Source: Bacillota bacterium
GTDB taxonomy: Bacteria; Bacillota; Clostridia; Peptostreptococcales; Anaerovoracaceae
DNA length: 64,000 bases
Assembly: GCA_017941085.1 (NCBI GenBank)
Contig: JAGAXF010000020.1
Span: forward strand, 36,386 to 100,385
Direction: 5' to 3'
Positions within the stretch are counted from its first letter, which is position 1; each line of letters starts with the position of its first letter. The position numbers and the translations under genes were made by a program. The notes under the pieces are model-generated. The model had not been told where the DNA came from, did not search any database, and worked only from the letters and a program-made list of their open reading frames with translations. Positions 1-9,328 of the stretch are shown here, piece after piece.

Positions 1-4
1 ACAT

Positions 5-1069
5 ATGATACATGTATTGCGTTTGGATCATAGAGCTCCCGAAGAAAAGGGGCCCGATAGATTAACGGATATACTAAAGGCCACCATGGGTGGACGAGAG
101 TTTAAAAGAATTAAGAGTGTATCCGATTTTTTGCTTACTGCTCTTTCCGGGGAGATAGAAAGGGTTTTCTTTGCTGTAAGTATTACCAAGAATGGATATG
201 CTCCTGAGTGGCAGGATTTAATCTCATCCCTAATGGATAGACCTTCTCTTCTTAAGGGAGTAAAGGGGGCTATCGTAGTGGATGGAGAGGGTTCTCTTTT
301 TACCAAGGGGCTGGCAAGAAGAATTATCTTTGCTGCTAATCAGGCGGGATGTACTTTTCCGGGACGTCCTTTGGTTGAGGCAACGGGAGATTTATACAAC
401 TTCAATACCATGGCATCCATAAAGGGAACGGATAATTATTCTGCCTATAAGGAATCGGTGGCGGAGCTCTTAGATAGATTGGAAGATTTTGAACCAACGG
501 AAATTCAAGGTAGAAAAAAAGTATTAGCCATTCATGCAAGCAGCAGAGAGACTTCCAACAGTTTAATGCTTTTGGATATGGTTAAGGCTAACCTTAAAGA
601 TAAGGTGGACTATCAGGAAATTTCCATCAGAAACGGTGAAATAATAGACTGCAGAGGCTGCGGCTTTGATACCTGCAAACACTTTGGAGAAAACGGAGAA
701 TGCTTCTATGGCGGGGTAATGGTGGAGCAGGTATATCCTGCGATTCTTGAATGTGACCATTTAATTCTGGTATGCCCCAACTACAACGATTCAGTAGGCG
801 CTAATATGATGGCCATGTTCAATCGTCTAACCGCTCTCTTTTATAACAATAGTTTTGGAGATAAGAAGATTCATGCTCTTATTGTATCAGGTTATAGTGG
901 CGGAGAGCTGCTGGCTGAGCAGATAATAGGTGCCATGAATTGCAACAAGGGATTTACTCTTCCGGCTCATTTTGCTCTTTTGGAAACTGCCAATAATCCC
1001 GGCTCCATCAAAGAGGTTCCGGATATACTTAATAGAGCAAAGGAATTTGCTTTGGAGATTTCTCGCTAG
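5..1069 (+). CDS. Flavodoxin-like / NADPH-dependent FMN reductase family protein (two flavodoxin-like halves, iron-sulfur-flavoprotein-like Cys motif); start may lie outside the window
   Basis: 354-aa ORF. C-terminal half has ASSRETSNS, CRGCGFDTC and PNYNDSVG motifs typical of the ISF/FMN_red family. Confidence 0.65.
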   Translation: MIHVLRLDHRAPEEKGPDRLTDILKATMGGREFKRIKSVSDFLLTALSGEIERVFFAVSITKNGYAPEWQDLISSLMDRPSLLKGVKGAIVVDGEGSLFTKGLARRIIFAANQAGCTFPGRPLVEATGDLYNFNTMASIKGTDNYSAYKESVAELLDRLEDFEPTEIQGRKKVLAIHASSRETSNSLMLLDMVKANLKDKVDYQEISIRNGEIIDCRGCGFDTCKHFGENGECFYGGVMVEQVYPAILECDHLILVCPNYNDSVGANMMAMFNRLTALFYNNSFGDKKIHALIVSGYSGGELLAEQIIGAMNCNKGFTLPAHFALLETANNPGSIKEVPDILNRAKEFALEISR

Positions 1070-1078
1070 AGAAGAGGG

Positions 1079-1945
1079 TTAGGCTTCGTTGCACAAAAGC
1101 TCAAGGCCTTCAAAGAATTTATCGATGGAGGGACTACCTCCGTACTGGGATTTGCCTCGTATTAAATCCATTTCGCTGCGAACGGCTTCAAAGTTAAATA
1201 GAGTATTTGCATATTCGCTGAAGTTATCGTTATAGTAGTCTTCTACACCAAGAGAGGCCACGTTTGTAAGGCCTTTTTTTATTGCCCTACGTATACGCTG
1301 CTTAACGATTTTGGGATCGGAGTCCAAGGACTGGGCGTACTTATCTAGGGTAATCTTGCTGGTATAACTTTCGCCGTTGTTTATCATCATTTCTGTTACA
1401 GACATAATATCCTTGGTGCCTGCTTCTCCCAGCATGCCGATGGTTCCAAGAATTCTTCTGGTTTTGGTAAGAATGGCCTCCTGAGGAGAGACAGTGGAGG
1501 AGGCAGGCTGCTCGCTGCCGCCGGAAGCAACTTTATCGTCTCCTATAACATTTCTAATTCCCTTAAGGACCTCTGCCATCTGGCGTTTCTCTATAACGTT
1601 ATTAATAACCTTTTCGATTTCTATTCTGTTATTGGGTTTGGTAATGAAGAATTCTATTCCTGCTTCATAGGCGTCCTGGATCATATTCTTATCCGCCACC
1701 TGGGAAACCATAATAAAGCTGATATCAGGATTAACGTCTCTTATTTCCCTTACTACAGTAATGCCGTCCTTTTTTGGCATGAGAAGATCCACCATTACAA
1801 TATCCGGTTCCTTTGCCAGAATTTCAGGAATGGCCTTTTCCACATCTGTACTGGATCCTACCACCTCTCCCAGATTCTTTGTCTCTATAATGTTTTCAAG
1901 AACTTTTACTGACGCTACTAAATCGTCCAATACATAGAATTTCAT
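1079..1945 (-). CDS. Response regulator with YcbB-type DNA-binding domain (GlnL-like)
   Basis: Receiver domain (LDD, DLLMP, KP) plus C-terminal KQRIRRAIKKGLTNVASLGVEDY..F, typical of YcbB/GlnL regulators. Overlaps the kinase by 4 bp. Confidence 0.8.
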   Translation of the reverse strand: MKFYVLDDLVASVKVLENIIETKNLGEVVGSSTDVEKAIPEILAKEPDIVMVDLLMPKKDGITVVREIRDVNPDISFIMVSQVADKNMIQDAYEAGIEFFITKPNNRIEIEKVINNVIEKRQMAEVLKGIRNVIGDDKVASGGSEQPASSTVSPQEAILTKTRRILGTIGMLGEAGTKDIMSVTEMMINNGESYTSKITLDKYAQSLDSDPKIVKQRIRRAIKKGLTNVASLGVEDYYNDNFSEYANTLFNFEAVRSEMDLIRGKSQYGGSPSIDKFFEGLELLCNEA

Positions 1946-3315
1946 TTGTCACCTCTAGATACTGTTTCATATAACTCCACGTTGTCCTCTGAATTTATGG
2001 ATGGTCCAAAATTACTATAGCTGTTTACATTTTCTATTAGCTTATCCACCGGAAACCAAAGGGTGAAAAGGGTACCCTTTGGGTTGGAGTCAACTTCTAT
2101 AGAACCATGGAATTGATCCTCTATTAAATCCTTTGCCAGGGTAAGGCCTACCCCTCGATTAATATCCCCGGTATCCTCATCGAATTTGGTTGAATAGCCG
2201 GGAACAAAGATGTATTCCAATTCATCTTTCGGTATGCCAGGACCATTATCCTTAATTTCTATGGCACAGTATTTAATGCCTTCCTTTGTCATATCTCTGC
2301 AGCGGAGAAAGATTTCTCCGTGATGAGACTTGGGCATTAGGGAAAGGGCGTCAATGCTGTTGGATATAAAGTTTCTGATTATACTCATAAAGGCAAAGTG
2401 CTTTTGAATGGAATAATTGGTTTCAAAGCTTGACCTGAAGGAAAGATTTATTCCTTCTTCCTCCCGGGATCTGTCCACATCAATGGACAGAATCTTAAGA
2501 AGGTCACTTATGTAGAGGCGGCTGTCGTCGGTGAAATCCGACAGGAAATTGTCCTGAAGCCCCTGGATTACTCGCCTGTATCCCTTTTTTACCTCATGTA
2601 TATCCTTTGCTATCATAAGGGCCTTGTTTTTTAGCTCCGCAGGATAGGCTTCATCACTGAGATTCTGATATAAAGAAAAGGCATTGGTCATGATGTCTTC
2701 AATTTCATTCATGTTTTTTCTCATGGAATACACTTCGCTTTCGAAGGTAGAGGCCATGAGAACCAACCTTTTATAATTCTCCTCGTGTTCTCTCTTCTCC
2801 AAAAGGGACATATATGCATCTGTGGCTATGCAAACCAAAATAACAATAAACCCTCTAATCAGTGCAATTACGGCAAAGGTAGCAAAGCTATCCAGAGAGT
2901 AGGAGGTAAGGGAGAACATTACTCTAAGGGTCTGTTCAAGGCAGTTCCCCAGGAAATCACAGATGACTATTCGTATATAAAAGAAATGATAGGGGGAATA
3001 CCCCAGCTTATTGGTTATATATGTATAGGCCAGAGCAAAGCCGAAGAAAAAGCCCGTGTCGGGAAATACATATAGGAAGGTATTCCCGAAGGATCCTCCT
3101 TTGATTAGTTCCACCAGGAATCGGACCAAAGGGGAGAAAAATGTCATAAGGCAAATGGCCTTAAAGGAATCCAAATCCTTAAATAGGTACAAAAAAACGC
3201 ACATCATAAGAGGTGACATGGCTAAAATGAATCCGCTTTGGAACATATTAAGTGAAATCTGTGAAGCCAGGGAGCTTACAGCCACCATTAAAAAAAGTCG
3301 GGCGTTTTTATTCAT
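1942..3315 (-). CDS. Sensor histidine kinase (GlnK/YcbA-like)
   Basis: N-terminal TM helices, DIHEVKK H-box, N-box NFISNSIDA, DNGPG, STK and GVGL boxes. Start reassigned to ATG 3315 (MNKNARLF). Confidence 0.85.
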   Translation of the reverse strand: MNKNARLFLMVAVSSLASQISLNMFQSGFILAMSPLMMCVFLYLFKDLDSFKAICLMTFFSPLVRFLVELIKGGSFGNTFLYVFPDTGFFFGFALAYTYITNKLGYSPYHFFYIRIVICDFLGNCLEQTLRVMFSLTSYSLDSFATFAVIALIRGFIVILVCIATDAYMSLLEKREHEENYKRLVLMASTFESEVYSMRKNMNEIEDIMTNAFSLYQNLSDEAYPAELKNKALMIAKDIHEVKKGYRRVIQGLQDNFLSDFTDDSRLYISDLLKILSIDVDRSREEEGINLSFRSSFETNYSIQKHFAFMSIIRNFISNSIDALSLMPKSHHGEIFLRCRDMTKEGIKYCAIEIKDNGPGIPKDELEYIFVPGYSTKFDEDTGDINRGVGLTLAKDLIEDQFHGSIEVDSNPKGTLFTLWFPVDKLIENVNSYSNFGPSINSEDNVELYETVSRGDK

Positions 3316-3411
3316 GTATACATTATAACACATAAGAAAAATAAATTTATTCCATGAAAAAAATTGCATTTATAATTATAAGTATGTATAATTATGCAGT
3401 GCGAAAATTTG

Positions 3412-3450
3412 TGAAGCCTTGTGAAGCAAATTGAAGCAGATGGCTATAAT
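3412..3450 (+). promoter_or_regulatory. Putative liv promoter: three TGAAGC direct repeats at 10-bp spacing followed by a TATAAT -10
   Basis: TGAAGC at 3412, 3422 and 3432; TATAAT at 3445-3450; no good -35. Confidence 0.5.
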
Positions 3451-3609
3451 ACAAGTATAGTTTTAGCGCGTACGGCTCCCAGGGCCGGCGCCCTGGGAGC
3501 TTGTGAGCTGGTCAAAGCTATGATTTAGCCCACAGCTCTAATCTAACCAGTTGCAGGAGCCATGCTCCGTGACAACTTGCGGGATTCGTTATTGAGAAAG
3601 GAGAATGAA

Positions 3610-4818
3610 ATGAAGCTAAAGAAAGTATTGGCCGTATTGCTTGCCTGCGTATTAGTATTTGGTCTTGCAGCTTGCGGCGGAAACAGTAGTGGTGGAGACA
3701 GCAGCTCCTCCGGCGGTGGAGACACCATCAAACTTGGTTGGCTTGGTGCTCTTACAGGTGATGGTGCTGTATGGGGTACCTGCGAAAGCCAGACATTGGA
3801 AATGCTTATTGAACAGAAGAACGCAGAGGGTGGACTCCTTGGCAAGCAGATTGAGCTTGTTAAGTATGACACACAGGGAAAGGCTGACGAGGTTCCAAAC
3901 GTAACAACAAGATTGACCTCTCAGGACAACGTATCTGCTATCATCGGACCTAACTCTTCCGGACAGGCTATTGCTATGACACCGATTCTTACTTCTGCTA
4001 AGACAGCCGGTATAGCAACAGTTGCTACCGGTGAAAGAGTAACTGTGGACAATGGAGTTCTCAATGAGTACAACTATCGTGTATGCTTCATCGATCCATA
4101 TCAGGGTGCAGTTGTAGGTTCCTATGCTTATGACAAGCTTGGAAAGAGAAAAGCAGCTGTTCTTTATGACCAGGGTTCCGACTATTCTGAAGGATTCAAG
4201 CAGTACTTCAAAGAAGAATTCGAAAAGCTGGGCGGCGAAGTTGTAATCGAAAAGGCATACAGTGCCGGCGATCAGGACTTCCGTGTACAGCTTACAGACA
4301 TTAAGAATGCAGGCGTTGACTGCATGCTTATGCCAGTAGGATCCAATGGTGACATTTACACCATCGTACCTCAGGTTGCAGAACTTGGTCTCGATGATGT
4401 AACTCTCCTTGGTGGTGACACATGGCAGTCTGAGGACGTTAACAAGATGTCCGGACCAAGACTTGCAGGTTCCTATGTATGTAACCACTATGATGCTTCC
4501 GATCCGGCTCTCAAGCCACTTCAGGATGCATACCATGAAAAGTATGGTGCAGATGCTACAATCGAAATCAACGCTTACATGGCTCACGACGCATTCCTTC
4601 TCTGGTGTGCAGCTGTTGAAGCAGCAGGAACAGATGAGCACGAAGCAGTAGCAGCACAGCTTACAAAGGTTGAGGTTGATGGTCTCACAGGACACATCAA
4701 GATTTCTGAAGAAGATCACAACCCAGTTGGCAAGGAAGCTTCCATCCAGACATATGTATATGATGAAGCTAACCAGGTCAATGTTGAGACCTTCGTTGAG
4801 AAGTACAGCCCACTGTAG
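3610..4818 (+). CDS. livK: Branched-chain/hydrophobic amino-acid ABC transporter substrate-binding lipoprotein
   Basis: Lipobox LAAC, Peripla_BP_6-like sequence, SD AAAGGAG before ATG 3610, first gene of a liv-type operon. Confidence 0.88.
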   Translation: MKLKKVLAVLLACVLVFGLAACGGNSSGGDSSSSGGGDTIKLGWLGALTGDGAVWGTCESQTLEMLIEQKNAEGGLLGKQIELVKYDTQGKADEVPNVTTRLTSQDNVSAIIGPNSSGQAIAMTPILTSAKTAGIATVATGERVTVDNGVLNEYNYRVCFIDPYQGAVVGSYAYDKLGKRKAAVLYDQGSDYSEGFKQYFKEEFEKLGGEVVIEKAYSAGDQDFRVQLTDIKNAGVDCMLMPVGSNGDIYTIVPQVAELGLDDVTLLGGDTWQSEDVNKMSGPRLAGSYVCNHYDASDPALKPLQDAYHEKYGADATIEINAYMAHDAFLLWCAAVEAAGTDEHEAVAAQLTKVEVDGLTGHIKISEEDHNPVGKEASIQTYVYDEANQVNVETFVEKYSPL

Positions 4819-4838
4819 AATTAATAAATCATCAAAAA

Positions 4839-4868
4839 GGGGCGGTCATATAAGATCGCCCCTAATTT
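4839..4868 (+). terminator. Intercistronic hairpin after the binding-protein gene (stabiliser or partial terminator)
   Basis: GGGGCGGTC-ATATAA-GATCGCCCC stem. Confidence 0.6.
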
Positions 4869-4899
4869 CTAAGTTATACCAAAGTCATGGAGTAGAAAC

Positions 4900-5784
4900 A
4901 TGAATGTATTTCTTCAACAACTGATAAATGGACTCTCCATCGGAAGTATTTATGCTCTGATGGCTGTAGGATATTCATTGGTCTATAGTATACTAAACTT
5001 CTCCAACTTTGCTCACGGAAGCGTAATCATGCTGGGGGCTTATTTTGGATATTTTGCTACTACGCTAATTGTTCCAAACCCTGTAATTGCCTTTATTATT
5101 TCTTCTGTGGGATGCGGTGCAATTGCAGTTATATTGGAGAGATTCGCATATAGACCATTAAGACTCAGAAACGCGCCGAGTCTATACTTTATTATAGCTG
5201 CCATGGGTGCATCTATCTTTATTGAAAACCTGGTAGTTGCAACCATTGGTCCAAACTTTAAAACCTATCCTTCCATCTTTCAGAATCCGTCTATTTCTCT
5301 GAGCGGTGGAAAACTGATGATCAGTAAGATAGACATTTTAATGTTCGTTATTGCGGCAGTCAGTCTTCTGATCCTCGTATTAATTCTGGAAAAGACAAAA
5401 ATCGGCCTCGGAATCCGAGGTGCATCATATAGCTCAAAGGGAGCCACACTGATGGGTGTAAACGTTGACCGTGTTATATTCACTATCTTCCTACTGGGCG
5501 GTATATTGGCAGGTCTTGCAGGTACCTTGTACGGAATGAGATACAAGGTTTATCCTCAGATGGGTGTAATAACCAACAAGTCCTTCGTTGCAGCAGTATT
5601 TGGCGGCTTGGGAAGCCTGCCGGGAGCTGTAATAGGATCTATTCTTTTGGGACTGATAGAAACCTTTGGTTCCAGCTATATTGCATCCCAATACAGAGAC
5701 CTTATTGCCTATGTACTTTTGGTTATTGTTTTGGTAGTTAAGCCATCCGGCCTAATGGGCAAGATGACTGAAGATAAGGCATAG
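4900..5784 (+). CDS. livH: Branched-chain amino-acid ABC permease
   Basis: QQLINGLSIGSIYALMAVGYSLVY..NFAHG signature. Confidence 0.92.
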   Translation: MNVFLQQLINGLSIGSIYALMAVGYSLVYSILNFSNFAHGSVIMLGAYFGYFATTLIVPNPVIAFIISSVGCGAIAVILERFAYRPLRLRNAPSLYFIIAAMGASIFIENLVVATIGPNFKTYPSIFQNPSISLSGGKLMISKIDILMFVIAAVSLLILVLILEKTKIGLGIRGASYSSKGATLMGVNVDRVIFTIFLLGGILAGLAGTLYGMRYKVYPQMGVITNKSFVAAVFGGLGSLPGAVIGSILLGLIETFGSSYIASQYRDLIAYVLLVIVLVVKPSGLMGKMTEDKA

Positions 5785-5795
5785 GGGGTGAAGAT

Positions 5796-6794
5796 ATGAA
5801 TATTGGTTGGTCATATATTGAGAGTATCCTCATCCTTTGTGGAATAAATATGATGGTAGTAATGGGACTATCCCTGCTTACCGGATTTACGGGACTCTTC
5901 TCCTTCGGTCATGCCGGATTCATGGCTATAGGGGCATATACAGCAGGTGCACTATCTACCATGGCCCATGTTCCCTTTGTATTTGCCGTTCTGGGAGGAG
6001 GCATTGTAGCAATGCTGGTGTCCTTCTTCATTGGGGCTCTTACCCTTAATCTGAAGGGAGACTATTTCTGCATTGCCACCTTGGGCTTTGGTGAGTCCAT
6101 ACGATTGCTTCTTAATAACCTAGATTTTCTGGGTGGTGCCAGAGGTATGTCCGGTATTCCTCAGAAGAGTACATTGATTCCCGTATTCTGCTTTGTAGTT
6201 ATCGGTGCTATCTTCATGTGGTACCTTCTTAAGTCCCGCCATGGACGCAATATGATTGCTATCCGTGAGGAAGAACTGGCATCCCAGTCCATAGGAATAA
6301 ATGTATTTGGATATAAGATGAGATCCCTGGCGATCAGTGCTCTCTATGCCGGCATCGGCGGAGCTCTTTGGGCTCACAGACTATCCTTCATTCAACCACT
6401 TAACTTCCAGTTAACAAAGTCAACGGAAATGACCATCATGGTTATTATCGGAGGCTTGGGATCCATAACCGGTTCCATAGTGGGTGCTTTCTTCCTGACA
6501 TTCCTGCCGGAACTCTTCAGAGAATTCAGCACATGGAGAATGGTTGTTTATGGCTTGGCCGTAGTATTGGTAATGGTATTTAGACCTCAGGGACTACTGG
6601 GTGGTATAGAGTTTAGCCCCTCAGGAATCCTGAGAAGAATAAAAGGTATTGGCAAAGACAGCGAAGGGTTGGAACTTAACGAAATTGCCGCGGCCTCGCC
6701 TGAACTGGCGGAGGAGGTCAGGCGAAAACGTGAAGAATATGACGAGATCCATGGCAGCCAGGCCATAAGATCCTTGGAAGGAGGCGAAGCGTAA
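5796..6794 (+). CDS. livM: Branched-chain amino-acid ABC permease
   Basis: GLFSFGHAGFMAIGAY and LKGDYFCIATLGFGE motifs. Confidence 0.92.
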   Translation: MNIGWSYIESILILCGINMMVVMGLSLLTGFTGLFSFGHAGFMAIGAYTAGALSTMAHVPFVFAVLGGGIVAMLVSFFIGALTLNLKGDYFCIATLGFGESIRLLLNNLDFLGGARGMSGIPQKSTLIPVFCFVVIGAIFMWYLLKSRHGRNMIAIREEELASQSIGINVFGYKMRSLAISALYAGIGGALWAHRLSFIQPLNFQLTKSTEMTIMVIIGGLGSITGSIVGAFFLTFLPELFREFSTWRMVVYGLAVVLVMVFRPQGLLGGIEFSPSGILRRIKGIGKDSEGLELNEIAAASPELAEEVRRKREEYDEIHGSQAIRSLEGGEA

Positions 6795-7708
6795 TGGGAA
6801 AAGTGCTTGAACTTAAGAACGTCACCAAACGCTTCGGCGGACTGACAGCTGTGGGAGATGTTAGCTTCACCATAAACGAAGGTGAAATCTATGGTCTCAT
6901 TGGACCTAACGGTGCAGGAAAGACCACTATCTTCAACCTAATAACAGGGGTTTACACCATTACTGAAGGTGAAATAATCTACGGTGATGACAATTCAGGA
7001 GATACACCTACTGCAGTTAAACCTGCCATTACTTTGGCAGTGGCTGACCCCTACGGTACAGGATTCTTTGATGATATAAAGAGAAGATTTATATTCAAGC
7101 CAAAGAAACCTTCCGATATCGCCAACTTGGGTATTACAAGAACCTTCCAGAACATCAGACTCTTTAAGAATGCAACAGTATACAGCAATGTTCTTACTGC
7201 TTGCCATAAGAGTGCCAAGTATGGACTTATAAGTGCCTTCTTCCCAAGAAAGGTTCCTTATACCAACATAGTTTACCCTTGGTTTAAGAAACAATATAAA
7301 GAAGAAGTTGAACTTAACGTAAAAACAGAGAACCTACTTAAGATGATGGGTCTCTGGGAATACAGAGATATGAAGGCAGCAAACCTTCCTTACGGACTTC
7401 AGAGAAAGCTGGAAATCGCCAGAGCCCTGGCTTTGGATCCCAAGCTCCTTCTGCTGGACGAACCGGCAGCAGGTATGAACCCGGAGGAAACCTTTGCTCT
7501 GGTAGACCTGGTAAAAGAAATCAGAGATAAGTTTGATCTTACAGTACTTATTATCGAGCACCACATGGACCTTATTATGAATCTATGTGACAGAATGTAT
7601 GTACTGAACTTTGGTAAGTTCCTGGCAGAAGGTGTTCCTTCAGAGATTCAGAACAATCCGGAGGTTATAGAAGCTTATCTTGGAAAGGAGGAGGATGGAA
7701 ATGCTTAA
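6794..7708 (+). CDS. livG: Branched-chain amino-acid ABC ATPase (with insertions)
   Basis: GPNGAGKTT, RTFQ, LPYG..RKLEIARAL, LLLDEPAAG and AYLG motifs. Confidence 0.92.
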   Translation: MGKVLELKNVTKRFGGLTAVGDVSFTINEGEIYGLIGPNGAGKTTIFNLITGVYTITEGEIIYGDDNSGDTPTAVKPAITLAVADPYGTGFFDDIKRRFIFKPKKPSDIANLGITRTFQNIRLFKNATVYSNVLTACHKSAKYGLISAFFPRKVPYTNIVYPWFKKQYKEEVELNVKTENLLKMMGLWEYRDMKAANLPYGLQRKLEIARALALDPKLLLLDEPAAGMNPEETFALVDLVKEIRDKFDLTVLIIEHHMDLIMNLCDRMYVLNFGKFLAEGVPSEIQNNPEVIEAYLGKEEDGNA

Positions 7709-8402
7709 AGTAAGAGATTTAAACGTCCATTACGGCGGTATCCACGCTATTCGCGGCATCGATATCGATGTTGAAGAAGGCTCCATCGTTACCATTATAG
7801 GAAGTAATGGTGCCGGCAAATCCTCCACCTTGAACGCCATCAGTGGTGTGGTTAAATACCAGGGTACTATTGAACTTAATGGAGAAAAGCTTTCCACTCA
7901 TCCTCATAAGGTTGTTAAAGAGGGTGTGGTACAGGTACCGGAAGGCAGAATCATATTTGCCAACCTAACGGTGGAAGAAAACCTTAGAATGGGAGCATAT
8001 CTCAGAAACGATACCAAGGGAATTAAAGAAGACTTTGATCACGTTTATGAATTGTTCCCCAGGCTTAAGGAAAGAGAGAAGCAAAGAGCAGGAACACTAT
8101 CCGGCGGTGAGCAGCAGATGCTGGCCATGGGTAGAGGCCTAATGGCATCACCTAAGCTTATCATGTTGGATGAACCTTCTCTGGGTCTTGCCCCGCTGCT
8201 TATCAATACAATCTTTGATATCATCAAAGAAATAAAGGCTATGGGTAAGACAATGCTTCTGGTAGAGCAAAATGCTTTTAAGGCTTTATCAATTGCAGAT
8301 GAGGCCTATGTATTGGAGCAGGGTGTAATTAAGCAGCACGGTAAGGCGGCAGACTTAATTAAGGACCCAAGTATTCAGGAAGCATATTTAGGAAAGAAAT
8401 AA
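7701..8402 (+). CDS. livF: Branched-chain amino-acid ABC ATPase
   Basis: GSNGAGKS, VPEGR, LSGGEQQM and LDEPSLGLAP motifs. Start at ATG 7701 after GGAGG. Confidence 0.93.
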   Translation: MLKVRDLNVHYGGIHAIRGIDIDVEEGSIVTIIGSNGAGKSSTLNAISGVVKYQGTIELNGEKLSTHPHKVVKEGVVQVPEGRIIFANLTVEENLRMGAYLRNDTKGIKEDFDHVYELFPRLKEREKQRAGTLSGGEQQMLAMGRGLMASPKLIMLDEPSLGLAPLLINTIFDIIKEIKAMGKTMLLVEQNAFKALSIADEAYVLEQGVIKQHGKAADLIKDPSIQEAYLGKK

Positions 8403-8448
8403 GTTTCATACTTCTCCTTCACACTTAATTATGATGAACAAAGCCGGT

Positions 8449-8486
8449 AAAAGAGCGCACTTAGGACTTGCGCTCTTTTGCTTTTA
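8449..8486 (+). terminator. Intrinsic terminator of the liv operon
   Basis: AAAAGAGCGCA...TGCGCTCTTTT stem plus T-tract. Confidence 0.75.
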
Positions 8487-8642
8487 GTTGAGACAATGGT
8501 GGCCCGGGGAATTACTCAGGGGCGTGAATTATCAAGGGGAAAAAGAATTATTAAGGATTCTAATCTTTTACTAATAAAAGGGTATTAATGTAGGATATAA
8601 TAGAATATATGCTTAGAAGCATAATGTGTGGAGGTACAAAGT

Positions 8643-9320
8643 ATGCGTATTCTTTTTGCTGAAGATGAAAGGGATTTGAACAACATAATAACAAGGCGAT
8701 TAACAGAGGAAGGATATAGTGTGGACTCTGTGTATGATGGAGAAGCGGCCTTTGAGTATTTGGAATCCACAGACTACGATGGAGCGATTCTGGACGTGAT
8801 GATGCCCTATATGGATGGATTTCAGGTCTTAACCAAAATTAGAGAAAAGGGAATCGATGTGCCGGTACTATTTCTTACTGCCAAGGATTCGGTGAATGAC
8901 AGAGTAATGGGTTTGGACCTGGGAGCAAAGGATTATCTGGTAAAACCCTTTTCCATAAAAGAACTATTGGCAAGGGTCAGAGTTCTTACCAGAAGCAGAA
9001 CTATGTCAATCAGCAGCAAGCTGGAGGCAGCAGATCTGGTTATGGATACTGCAACACATAAGGTAACCAGGGGAGGAAAGAATATAGACCTTTCTCCCAA
9101 GGAATATGCCTTGTTAGAATATATGATGCATAATAAAAACGTGGTGCTAACCAGAGAGAAAATTGAAGACCATATTTGGAACTTTGATTATGAAGGAGGA
9201 ACCAATGTGGTGGATGTATATATAAGCTATTTAAGAAGAAAAATAGATGATGACTTTGATAAAAGATTGATTAAGACAGTGAGGGGAAGTGGATATATGT
9301 TGAAGGTAGATGAGGAGTAG
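8643..9320 (+). CDS. OmpR/PhoB-family response regulator
   Basis: AEDE, LDVMMP, DYLVKPF and TVRGSGY motifs. SD GGAGG before ATG 8643. Confidence 0.93.
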   Translation: MRILFAEDERDLNNIITRRLTEEGYSVDSVYDGEAAFEYLESTDYDGAILDVMMPYMDGFQVLTKIREKGIDVPVLFLTAKDSVNDRVMGLDLGAKDYLVKPFSIKELLARVRVLTRSRTMSISSKLEAADLVMDTATHKVTRGGKNIDLSPKEYALLEYMMHNKNVVLTREKIEDHIWNFDYEGGTNVVDVYISYLRRKIDDDFDKRLIKTVRGSGYMLKVDEE

Positions 9321-9328
9321 TTAGATAA

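Noticed and set aside
3652-4719. 355-aa antisense ORF opposite livK
   Set aside because: Mirror of a strongly codon-biased gene; no SD and no recognisable motif.
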